This document shows positions 17,972 to 26,593 of a DNA stretch of 64,000 bases, in pieces (position 1 is the first letter of the stretch; the number at the start of each line of letters is the position of its first letter). The stretch comes from a virus. Lineage: Duplodnaviria > Caudoviricetes. The position numbers were made by a program, and so were the translations under genes. Location: the IMG/VR virus record IMGVR_UViG_3300017747_002922, positions 1 through 64,000 of that record. One strand, written 5' to 3'. The notes under the pieces are model-generated. The model did not search any database. It was not told the DNA's origin and saw nothing but the letters and a program-made list of their open reading frames with translations.

Positions 17972-20128
17972 ATGGCGACCAGCAAGCCAGCGGCGATCGT
18001 CACCGACTTCCGAGGACTCGACGAGCGATGGGATCCTGCTGCGGGCGCAGGCATCACCGCGGGCGTTGCCGAGGATCTATGGTGGGAACCGCGTGGGGCG
18101 TGGCAGTCGTCTGGCGGCTACCAGCGGATCGTCCGTGGGCCCCCGACGTTCCCAGCCCCCACGCCGCCGACGTACATCAACCCGTTCGCGTCGTCGGGCG
18201 CGATCGAGTCGATCCACTGGTTCAGCCAGCACACGGGCGCGCGCCGGTGGCTCCTCTACATCGACAGCACCGGCGCCCTGTATGCGTTCAACCCGGCGAC
18301 GGCGGCCCGGTCAGCGTCCCCCGGCAACCGCGCGCACGACCGCAACGGCGACCCGATCACGCGGTCAGTGGTTGAAGGCCCGTGGATCCGCTCGCAGTCG
18401 GCTTCGTGGGGCGACCGCCTCTACCTGGTCAACGGCATCGACGCGCCGCTGGTGTTCGACGGCTACGTGTGGGACATCGCCGGGTGGCAGGGTCCGGCCG
18501 GCGTCGCGACCGCGTCCCCGATGTCGAAGCCGCAGGCGACCGACAACGGCGGAACGGCGTCGATCAAGATCCCGAACGTCGGCCTTGGACCAACCAGCGA
18601 CACGGGGGGCACCGACTACAAGTACGCGCGTCGGTACCGGGTGTCGTACATCAACGACCGTGGGGCCGAGTCTCCGCTTTCCGAGCCCTCCGAGTTGGTC
18701 TACTTCGTCAACACGGGCGGGACGGGGTTCGCGGACGGCGCACACTTCGCGCAGGTGTCGATCCCTGTCGGCCCGGTGTCGTGTGTGGCCCGCCGGGTGT
18801 ACGCGACGCAGAACGTGTACGACTCGACCGGAACGCTGATTCAAGGCCGGGATGAGCAATACTTCTTCTGGGGCGACATCCCCGACAACGTGACCGCGAC
18901 CATTCAGGACTCGTTGGATGACGGATACCTCGGCGCGCTCGTGGATCCGCTCCAGTTCGGCGCATGGCCCGCGTCCGCCGGCATCATCTCCGCGTTCAAG
19001 GAGCGCATGTACGCGGCGGTCGGCGGCGACGTGTACTTCTCGCGCCGGGGCAACCCCGAGGTGTGGCCCGCACTGAACGTCCTGTCGGTCGGCGACGCGC
19101 ACCTGGGGCCGATCACCGGCATGTACGCGACCCGGAACGCGCTTGTGGTCACGAAGGCGCGTGGCATCTACCTCGTGAAAGACGACGGCGTGAACGACCC
19201 GGTGGCCGAGACGTTGACGCGTCAGACCGGGTGCATCTCGCAGAACACGATCCGGGAGATCCCCGGGATCGGCATCATGTTCCTGTCCGACGACGGCGTC
19301 ACGGTGCTCAAGGGCACCTTGCAGAACGAGGGCGTGGAGACGCAGACGTTCAACGCGGGCGTCGGCTTGTGCGAGACGTTCAAGCGGATCAACCGGTCGG
19401 CCCTGACCAACGCGTGCGCCGCCGTCTACCACCGCGACAAGGAGTATTGGCTCGCGGTCCCGATGCTGGGGGCGCCGAACAACACGCTCGTGCTCGTGTT
19501 CCACTACGAGATCCGCGAGTGGACGACCCGGTCGTTCTTCCCGATCGCGTCTATCCTCGAAACGCCCGACGCCACGGGGTCGCTCCTGTTCGCGTCCTAC
19601 GCGGCGACCACGGGCACATCCCCCGACGGCATCGCGCACCCCGGCATCTTCGTCTACTCGCGCGGGTGCGCCGACAAGGATGGGACGCCGATCACGCCCG
19701 CGTACCAGACCAACCAGATCAGCGTCGCCGCGTCGTTCCGGACGTTCAAACCGCTGCATGTGATTCCGCGCGTCGTGATGCACGGTGAGAACAAGCTCCG
19801 GTGTTCCGTGTTCGCCAACTACTCCCCGGCGCCGATTGCGCCCGTCCAAGGCGTGTTGCAGAAGTACCCGCAACAGTACGCGCCCGTGTACGGTGCCGCA
19901 GGGTCGAACGCAGCCACCTACGACGCCGGCCTGTTGTGGGCGTCGTGGTTCCCGGGCACGGTGCGGTTCGACCTTCCCGGCGAGAACGGTCAACCCGTGT
20001 TCACCGCCGCGATCCGGTTTGAACCCGAAGCTGGCAAGCGGTACATGACGCTTGAAGGGACCTCGTTGGAGATCCAGCCCGCCGACCCGACCGAGACGAA
20101 ACCCCTGAAGCCCGACGGGACGAACTGA
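17972..20128 (+). CDS. Tail nozzle/tubular protein B-like (beta-propeller)
   Basis: 718 aa, DFRGLDE start, propeller-like blades (FKERMY, VYFSRRGNPEVWP, GPITGM), position after the adaptor. Confidence 0.7.
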   Translation: MATSKPAAIVTDFRGLDERWDPAAGAGITAGVAEDLWWEPRGAWQSSGGYQRIVRGPPTFPAPTPPTYINPFASSGAIESIHWFSQHTGARRWLLYIDSTGALYAFNPATAARSASPGNRAHDRNGDPITRSVVEGPWIRSQSASWGDRLYLVNGIDAPLVFDGYVWDIAGWQGPAGVATASPMSKPQATDNGGTASIKIPNVGLGPTSDTGGTDYKYARRYRVSYINDRGAESPLSEPSELVYFVNTGGTGFADGAHFAQVSIPVGPVSCVARRVYATQNVYDSTGTLIQGRDEQYFFWGDIPDNVTATIQDSLDDGYLGALVDPLQFGAWPASAGIISAFKERMYAAVGGDVYFSRRGNPEVWPALNVLSVGDAHLGPITGMYATRNALVVTKARGIYLVKDDGVNDPVAETLTRQTGCISQNTIREIPGIGIMFLSDDGVTVLKGTLQNEGVETQTFNAGVGLCETFKRINRSALTNACAAVYHRDKEYWLAVPMLGAPNNTLVLVFHYEIREWTTRSFFPIASILETPDATGSLLFASYAATTGTSPDGIAHPGIFVYSRGCADKDGTPITPAYQTNQISVAASFRTFKPLHVIPRVVMHGENKLRCSVFANYSPAPIAPVQGVLQKYPQQYAPVYGAAGSNAATYDAGLLWASWFPGTVRFDLPGENGQPVFTAAIRFEPEAGKRYMTLEGTSLEIQPADPTETKPLKPDGTN

Positions 20129-20766
20129 TGGCACTCCGGTACGCCCCCACCTACGACGAGAACGGCGACGTCATCAACCCGGCGTTCTTCGTCGAGGGCA
20201 TGGCCGTATTCGCGGGCGAGTTCAACAGCGGACTCGACCGCGACAACCTCCCGCCGTCCAGCATCGTCGCCGGCAACGTCGACTCCGAGGCGTTCACGTC
20301 CGTGTTCGGCGGCAACACCGACGACGACTTCGCGTTGGACAACACGACGACAGCATGGCAGGGCGGCGAAGGCAACGACACGGCGGGGATCGGAAACTTC
20401 CCCTTCACCCTCGAACAAGACGCACACGTCATGGTGTTCTGGTCGGGGTCGTGGTCGTGGGATGGGACCTACTCGTGGGTTCCGGATGGCGCACGTCCCG
20501 ACCACACCGACACGTTCGACACGATCCGGATCCGCGGCACGATCGACGGTCGCGAAATCTTCATGCTCGGACCCTTCGAGGACGGCGCGGTGGAGTGTTC
20601 GGCGTTCGGGACGGGTTCGATCCAGTTGCAAGCCGGGTCGTACACGCTCCGGATTCAGGCCGAGTCCGTGCGCCGGATCGCGCAGACGGACCAGACCGAC
20701 GGGCAGACTACGAACGTCTGTACGTTCGATGAGCGTTCGACCACGATCGTTGTGAGGATCCGATGA
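20128..20766 (+). CDS. Putative tail appendage protein
   Basis: Coupled to the nozzle gene; N-terminal anchor-like segment (GDVIN...NSGLDRDN) then beta-rich domain. Confidence 0.6.
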   Translation: MALRYAPTYDENGDVINPAFFVEGMAVFAGEFNSGLDRDNLPPSSIVAGNVDSEAFTSVFGGNTDDDFALDNTTTAWQGGEGNDTAGIGNFPFTLEQDAHVMVFWSGSWSWDGTYSWVPDGARPDHTDTFDTIRIRGTIDGREIFMLGPFEDGAVECSAFGTGSIQLQAGSYTLRIQAESVRRIAQTDQTDGQTTNVCTFDERSTTIVVRIR

Positions 20767-21416
20767 GCACCGTTGAAGTCACGGATCTGGTCCCCGGGAC
20801 GCCGGCAACGTCAACGTCGGTGAACGACACACTTACGTCGTGGAACACCGAAACCGCCGCCGGCCAGGTCGACGGCACGAACGTCCGCGTGGAGGGCGTC
20901 GACCGTTGGGTGATGAACCCGGCCGGGAACGTCGTGGAGATGGACACGGAGGCGGCCGAGTACGAGGAAGCTTCGCCGTCGCTCGCCACCGCCGCATCTA
21001 CTGCCCTGTCGGTTGTCTCGCTCGCGGGCGGCACCTCGGACATGGTGACCCCCGCGGCCCTAAACCTCTCCGCGAACTCCGACGTCATCGTCCACGCGTC
21101 AGTACGGGTGTACAGCGAGGCGATTGCTCCCGCGGCGTTGCCGGAAGTGGTGCTCTACCTTCAGTATTCGACCAACGCGGGGGCCACGTGGACGTCGTTC
21201 CCGGGTTCGCGGCGGCGCTATCAGATGCGCGAAACGGATGAACTCTGCTCGCTCGACTTGACCACTACGATCCCTGGCGTCGACCAGACCGCAACGTGGG
21301 CGCACTGGTTCGTCTCTCTCGCAGATGACTACCTGTTCCGCGTCGCCTTTGAGAACACGGACGGCATCTTCACGTTCAGCGACGGCGTGATCTCGCCGCA
21401 GGTGTTCCTGAAGTAG
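20763..21416 (+). CDS. Putative tail appendage protein
   Basis: ATGA overlap; similar size and architecture to its neighbours. Confidence 0.6.
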   Translation: MSTVEVTDLVPGTPATSTSVNDTLTSWNTETAAGQVDGTNVRVEGVDRWVMNPAGNVVEMDTEAAEYEEASPSLATAASTALSVVSLAGGTSDMVTPAALNLSANSDVIVHASVRVYSEAIAPAALPEVVLYLQYSTNAGATWTSFPGSRRRYQMRETDELCSLDLTTTIPGVDQTATWAHWFVSLADDYLFRVAFENTDGIFTFSDGVISPQVFLK

Positions 21417-21463
21417 TTGACGTGACCCTGACGGCGGGTAAGGCCGATCACGAGGAACCCGCC

Positions 21464-21787
21464 ATGATCACCCTGCTTCTCGCCTGCGCCGCCCCCGACA
21501 GCGATACCACCACGCCCATCATCGGCGCGGACACCGACACCAAGGCCACCGAAGGCCCGCAGGTCGTCACGGTCGTCGAAGACCTCGGCGCGTGCGGGGC
21601 AGAGGAAGAGCTTGACGTGCGCGTCCCCGACGGTCAGTTGGTCGGGTTGCAGTCGTCGATCGTGTACGAGGATGGCCGCACGCTGTACCGATCGGACGCC
21701 ACCGCCTACGTCGATGACGGGTGGGTCGTCGTTCGGTGTGCCGAGGGTCAACCCGTCACCGTCATCATGTGGGTGCTGACCGAATGA
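21464..21787 (+). CDS. Putative lipoprotein (MITLLLA-C)
   Basis: GAGGA RBS; very short hydrophobic stretch ending LLAC, then a D/T-rich linker. Confidence 0.6.
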   Translation: MITLLLACAAPDSDTTTPIIGADTDTKATEGPQVVTVVEDLGACGAEEELDVRVPDGQLVGLQSSIVYEDGRTLYRSDATAYVDDGWVVVRCAEGQPVTVIMWVLTE

Positions 21788-22488
21788 GCACGAGCCTGAC
21801 GCTGATCACCGCGAACTCCAACATCAACGCGACCGTACTCCGGACGCTGGTTGACGAGGTGCGCCTCTACGTGAACGAGCAGGTGGCGGCGGCGGACCTC
21901 GGCGCGTTCTTCATCAAGCCGAACCACATCTACCGCCCGGACTTCTTCGGCGGCACGAACCCGCACACGACGCTGACGAGCGGTGAGGTGTACTTCCGCA
22001 ATCGCGACGACGACGTGGCGCGGGCGGCGTACTACTCGCACTACCTCGGCGAAGGGTACTTCCCGATCCCCGGCATGAACGCGACGATCCAGATTCCCGA
22101 GGACATCAACACGAACGGCGGCCATCGCGTACGGTTGCACGCGTCGCTGTACGCGTACGAGTACGGAGGGAATGACGGCCTCCTGAACGCAGGGATGCCC
22201 GAGGACGTGATCCCCGGCCAGCCGAACGCAGCCTTGTTCAAGGTGATGGTCAACGGGGTCGCGGTTGGTGGCGGCAAACCGCTGTACAAGGGTTCCATCG
22301 ACGGAACCGAGCAATACCGCGCGTACTACCCGCGAAAGCAGGTCAGCGCATTGTGGAGCGTCGCCTTGAACGAGGGTGTCCACACCCTCGGGATCGGCAT
22401 CAACCCGCAGGCCCCCACGACGGACGGGATCACGAAGCACTGCATCGTGCTCCAAGGCGGGCTAAACGTCCCTTACTGGTGTAGGTGA
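21784..22488 (+). CDS. Putative tail appendage protein
   Basis: ATGA overlap; INAT..L...V..YVN anchor-like N-terminus. Confidence 0.6.
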   Translation: MSTSLTLITANSNINATVLRTLVDEVRLYVNEQVAAADLGAFFIKPNHIYRPDFFGGTNPHTTLTSGEVYFRNRDDDVARAAYYSHYLGEGYFPIPGMNATIQIPEDINTNGGHRVRLHASLYAYEYGGNDGLLNAGMPEDVIPGQPNAALFKVMVNGVAVGGGKPLYKGSIDGTEQYRAYYPRKQVSALWSVALNEGVHTLGIGINPQAPTTDGITKHCIVLQGGLNVPYWCR

Positions 22489-22492
22489 GATC

Positions 22493-22918
22493 ATGGCGAT
22501 CGGACTGGATCTGACGAACAAGCCGAAAGAAGGCACCAAAGAGCGATACGTCTCGGACAACAGCGTCGGCAACGCGGGCGCCGTGCTGACCGGGGCGGCG
22601 CAAGGCGCATCCGTCGGTTCGGTCGGCGGCCCGATCGGTGCCGTCATCGGTGCCGTCATGGGTGCCGCCCGTGCCGGCATCACCCAGCCGATCGAGGAGA
22701 AGAAGGCACTCGGCGAGGAGTACGACGCGATCAAGGCGGCCGAGGAGGAGCAGAAGAAGATGGAGCGCGACGCCGCCGCCGACGCCCGCGCTTCGGCCCG
22801 CGCCGCACCCCGCCTGACACTCCCCAAGGCGTCCGTGTACGCGTCCAGCGACAGCTACGGGTCCACACTCCCCGACCCCATGGTGACGCGCTGGGATGCG
22901 TACAAGGGCGGTGCGTGA
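22493..22918 (+). CDS. Small internal virion/ejection protein (glycine zipper)
   Basis: GAAQGASVGSVGGPIGAVIGAVMG glycine zipper followed by a coiled coil. Confidence 0.65.
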   Translation: MAIGLDLTNKPKEGTKERYVSDNSVGNAGAVLTGAAQGASVGSVGGPIGAVIGAVMGAARAGITQPIEEKKALGEEYDAIKAAEEEQKKMERDAAADARASARAAPRLTLPKASVYASSDSYGSTLPDPMVTRWDAYKGGA

Positions 22919-23721
22919 TGGCCGGCTACAACTACAAACTCGGCACCTACGACCTCGGCGAACCCCCCAAGGCGGCGACACTGTACGCCGACCCGTTCGA
23001 CCAGGGCCCCGACTACTCGGCGATGTCGTACGAGGACATGAAGCGGTTGGAGGCGGGCGGCAACAAGCGGGCCACCATCGCCGCGGGCATCGGCGGACTC
23101 GGTTCGGCCGCGCAGATCGCCGCCGCAGCACTCCCGACCGCGACCGACATCGAGAACGATCGTCGGCTTGCGGAGTTGAAGAAGCACAAGGGTCTGACTG
23201 AAGGCCAACGTGCGGACATCGACGAGCAGGCCATGCGGAAGGTCAACGCGTTCGCGGGCGAGTCGCAGGCCCGCACGGACAACGCGCTCGCGGCGTCGGG
23301 CCAGACCTCGGCGGCGGCCCTGAACCGGGCCCGCATCGCCGAGAAGACCGCACTGAACAACGCGGCGATTGACGCGGCCGACATCGGGATCCGCGAGAAC
23401 CGGGCGCAGGTCCAGCGAGACACGATCGAGGAGCAGGAGCGGATCGGCGAGAAGGGCAAGCGTGAGGCCGAGATCAAGGGGTTGGTCGCGCGGACGATCT
23501 CGGAGGCGGTGCTCTCCGTCGCCAAGCCGATGGCCGCCGGCATCGTCGCGGACGAGCCCACGGACGCTCAACTGCTCTGGATGCAGAGCGCGAAGGACGC
23601 GAACGGGAACCCCCTCTATCCGGGGCTCCAAGGCGCTTCGGGTGCCGACTCGATCCGTCGGATGTACCGGGCGATGGGCAAGCAGCAGAACCGACCGGAC
23701 GGTGCCGTTCAGATGGCGTAG
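22915..23721 (+). CDS. Internal virion/ejection protein
   Basis: Helical Ala-rich ORF with a hydrophobic GG segment; position in the ejection cluster. Confidence 0.6.
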   Translation: MMAGYNYKLGTYDLGEPPKAATLYADPFDQGPDYSAMSYEDMKRLEAGGNKRATIAAGIGGLGSAAQIAAAALPTATDIENDRRLAELKKHKGLTEGQRADIDEQAMRKVNAFAGESQARTDNALAASGQTSAAALNRARIAEKTALNNAAIDAADIGIRENRAQVQRDTIEEQERIGEKGKREAEIKGLVARTISEAVLSVAKPMAAGIVADEPTDAQLLWMQSAKDANGNPLYPGLQGASGADSIRRMYRAMGKQQNRPDGAVQMA

Positions 23722-23741
23722 GGCGCACGCACGGGGGAACG

Positions 23742-23750
23742 TGCTAAAGT
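23742..23750 (+). promoter_or_regulatory. Extended -10 promoter TG-C-TAAAGT
   Basis: In the 50-nt gap before the gene at 23772. Confidence 0.35.
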
Positions 23751-23771
23751 CCCCACGACTCCGGGTGAACC

Positions 23772-25958
23772 ATGGCCGTCGGTCGATTCTACAGCGACAA
23801 CACCGAAGTGAACGTCGGCGCCCCCACGCTCGGACGCTTCATGGCCGACTACTTCGGCACCATCAAGGCGATGAACGACGACGCGTTGGCCTACGAACAG
23901 GCTGGCGAGGGAACGGACGCCGCGGACCTCGACAAGATGGAGATCGCGGCACGCGAGCGGTTCGCCAAGATGGCCGAGGCGTTGCAGGAAGCGAAGTCTG
24001 GCGACTTCCGCAGCACGAACGACCTCATGCGCACGGTCATCGAGGGCGGCGTGTCGGAGCGCAACAAGCAGCGGGACGTGTCCGCCGAGATGGCTGGCAA
24101 CCGCTTGCAGTTGCGTTCGGACTACCGGAAGATCAGCGCCGACGAGCAGGACGAGTTCCGACGCAAGACCGCGACGAAGCCGGAGACAGACGCCGCGATC
24201 GACGGGTTCGCGGCGATCGTGCGCAACGACCGGAACGAACCCGCGTCCACCGTGACCGAGAAGATCGTCCAGCAACTTCGCCAGTTCGCGACTGCGGAGA
24301 AGGCGGGCGGCGAGTCCGACCCGAAGTTCGTCGCGATGGTCGTCCGCGCCCTGAACGCGGTCAAGGACGAGCCCCGCGGCGCCGAGATTGCGGCGCAGGT
24401 TCAGCAGCAGGTGCTCCCCGACAGCGTACGGCGCGGACAGACCGCAGGCGACTACCTCATGCAGATCATGCCGCCGACCCGCTCGCAGGTCGACGAGGAG
24501 GCCGAACGCGTCATCCGTGAAACCGGCGGGGCCGGTGCTCGTGGTTCGATGATCGAGGACATCCGGTCGGTGGGCGGCGACCCGAACGAGATCGGCAAGA
24601 TGGCCGGCGTGAGCGCGTCCACGTCCACGAAGACCAAGGGCCCGAGCGGTGGCGGTTCCGCCGCCCCCGTTCGTGAGGGCGGGTCGGTGAGCATGGAGGG
24701 GATGTCGCCCGATGCGATCCGTGCGTACCAGAGCGCGAGTGCGAGCGGGTCCGACCCGTACGCCGCCATGCTCGCCGCGATGGAGGCGCAACAGGCGTAC
24801 ATCGCGGACGTGGCCGCACGTCGGAAGGAAGCCGCCGCGAAGGGCCGCCCGTCGCTCTACCCGCGCCCGAACGCCTACACCGTGAGCCCGAACCGCGCCG
24901 TGCCCGAGGCGGTCCAGCGGTCGATCCGCAAGGTCGGCAACATGGACCCCGGGCAGTTCGAGGCATGGGACACCGCGTTGGCCCGCAACGGCGGCAACAT
25001 CGACCGCGCGTACAAGGAGATGGGCGGCACCCCCGAACGCCGCTACTCCGTGAAGGATTACGCCGCGTCCGAGTTCGAGGCCGGCGGTGGATTGGGTGCG
25101 CTGATCGCCGACAACCTGACCGTGTCCGCGGCCCCTCATTCGACCACGAGCAAGGGCGCGGAATCCCCACTTTCCGGCACCATGAAGATGATCGCGGCGC
25201 TCCCCAAGGAGGTCCGCGACCTGTTCGGTGAGTCGGTCATCTACGCGGAGAACGGCAAGTACGACGAGGCCATCGCCGCCGCTCGCGCCGTTGCCGACGA
25301 TGACGTGCGCGCCGCGTTCGGGACCTCCCTGCGCCGCGCGTCGGATGACCCGAAGGCATTGGCCGAGGTGCTGAACGGACTCGCGGCCCTTCCCGAGAGC
25401 GTGACGGGCGAGTGGGGCGGGGCCGTACGCAACGCCATCGACGAGCACGCGCGTTCGTTGCCGAAGGTGGGCGCGAGGGCGGACGAGGTGCTGCGCGGGA
25501 ACCTGGACCGCTTGGGGGGCGCGTTGGAGGGGTCCGGCGTGTCGAAGGCGAAGCGGGCGCGCAAGGAGGAGGCGGAACAGATCGAGGTCAAGGACCAGGC
25601 GGCGTACGATGCCGGCGCGAAGTCCGTCCGCGACGCGCTCGATCAGGGCATGGCGATGGAGGACATCCGGTCGGCGTGGAGCAAGGCGGCCGACTCCGAA
25701 ACCAAGCGCGGGGCCCTCGAAGCGGCCCGCAGCGCGTACGAGAACGACTACCGGCGCACCGCCAAGGAGATGCCGATGGTTGAGCGTGGGGTCGACACCG
25801 TGTCTCCCGCGCGCCCTGGCACCGTGAAGGCCCCCGTCGTCGAGTCCGAGGTCAAGATCGAGGAAGACGATCCATTCGCCTCGTTCGCCGCCGAGTTCAA
25901 GACCGAATCCGCACCCGAGGAGGACCTGTTCGCGTCCTTCGCAAAGGAGTTCAAGTGA
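23772..25958 (+). CDS. Large helical internal virion/ejection protein
   Basis: 728 aa, A/E/D/R-rich; position. Confidence 0.7.
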   Translation: MAVGRFYSDNTEVNVGAPTLGRFMADYFGTIKAMNDDALAYEQAGEGTDAADLDKMEIAARERFAKMAEALQEAKSGDFRSTNDLMRTVIEGGVSERNKQRDVSAEMAGNRLQLRSDYRKISADEQDEFRRKTATKPETDAAIDGFAAIVRNDRNEPASTVTEKIVQQLRQFATAEKAGGESDPKFVAMVVRALNAVKDEPRGAEIAAQVQQQVLPDSVRRGQTAGDYLMQIMPPTRSQVDEEAERVIRETGGAGARGSMIEDIRSVGGDPNEIGKMAGVSASTSTKTKGPSGGGSAAPVREGGSVSMEGMSPDAIRAYQSASASGSDPYAAMLAAMEAQQAYIADVAARRKEAAAKGRPSLYPRPNAYTVSPNRAVPEAVQRSIRKVGNMDPGQFEAWDTALARNGGNIDRAYKEMGGTPERRYSVKDYAASEFEAGGGLGALIADNLTVSAAPHSTTSKGAESPLSGTMKMIAALPKEVRDLFGESVIYAENGKYDEAIAAARAVADDDVRAAFGTSLRRASDDPKALAEVLNGLAALPESVTGEWGGAVRNAIDEHARSLPKVGARADEVLRGNLDRLGGALEGSGVSKAKRARKEEAEQIEVKDQAAYDAGAKSVRDALDQGMAMEDIRSAWSKAADSETKRGALEAARSAYENDYRRTAKEMPMVERGVDTVSPARPGTVKAPVVESEVKIEEDDPFASFAAEFKTESAPEEDLFASFAKEFK

Positions 25959-26590
25959 ACCGTGAAGAACTGATCCAGAAGGCCATCGCCCTCGGACGCA
26001 CCCCCGAAGATGCCGCGAAGATCGCCGACGCGTGGATTGCGCGACAGGACGAGTCCAAGGGCGAGAAGAAGACCGCCCCCAAGGCCGCACCCGCAACCAA
26101 GGCGCCCCCGAAACCCCCCGCCGCGAAGACCCCGGAACCGCCGAAGCCGTCGCCCGTAGTTGCGGCGCAGGTGCCGAAGGTGGGCACGAAGACGTACGGG
26201 GCAGAACCGCCGCCAACCCCGATGTACGAAAGCGCGTTGCCCGACAGTCCGCTCCGGCTGCCGACCCGGCGCGACGAACCGGAGATCGACATCATGGGTC
26301 GTGGTGGCCTCTGGCTTGACCGCGAGGCCGCCGCCAAGGCGCAGGCCAAAGACCGCGCGCGCGAGGCGGCGAGCGCGCCCACGGCCCCCTCCGTGATGAG
26401 GTACGCCGCCGAAGAGGACGTGCGCGACTACTCGAACGGCGGCGGGTGGCAGTTCACCGCGCCCCGCGAGGTCCAGGCCATGCGCGAGGCGTTGCGCAAG
26501 GTGCCTCGGCTGGCCGAAGGGCTCGACGACGCCTCCGACGAGGATGTTAGGGCCGTCTACGAAGAAGAGATCGTCAAGGCACGGAGGTAG
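25955..26590 (+). CDS. Hypothetical virion-region protein, Pro/Lys-rich linker
   Basis: GTGA overlap; 211 aa. Confidence 0.65.
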   Translation: MNREELIQKAIALGRTPEDAAKIADAWIARQDESKGEKKTAPKAAPATKAPPKPPAAKTPEPPKPSPVVAAQVPKVGTKTYGAEPPPTPMYESALPDSPLRLPTRRDEPEIDIMGRGGLWLDREAAAKAQAKDRAREAASAPTAPSVMRYAAEEDVRDYSNGGGWQFTAPREVQAMREALRKVPRLAEGLDDASDEDVRAVYEEEIVKARR

Positions 26591-26593
26591 ACG

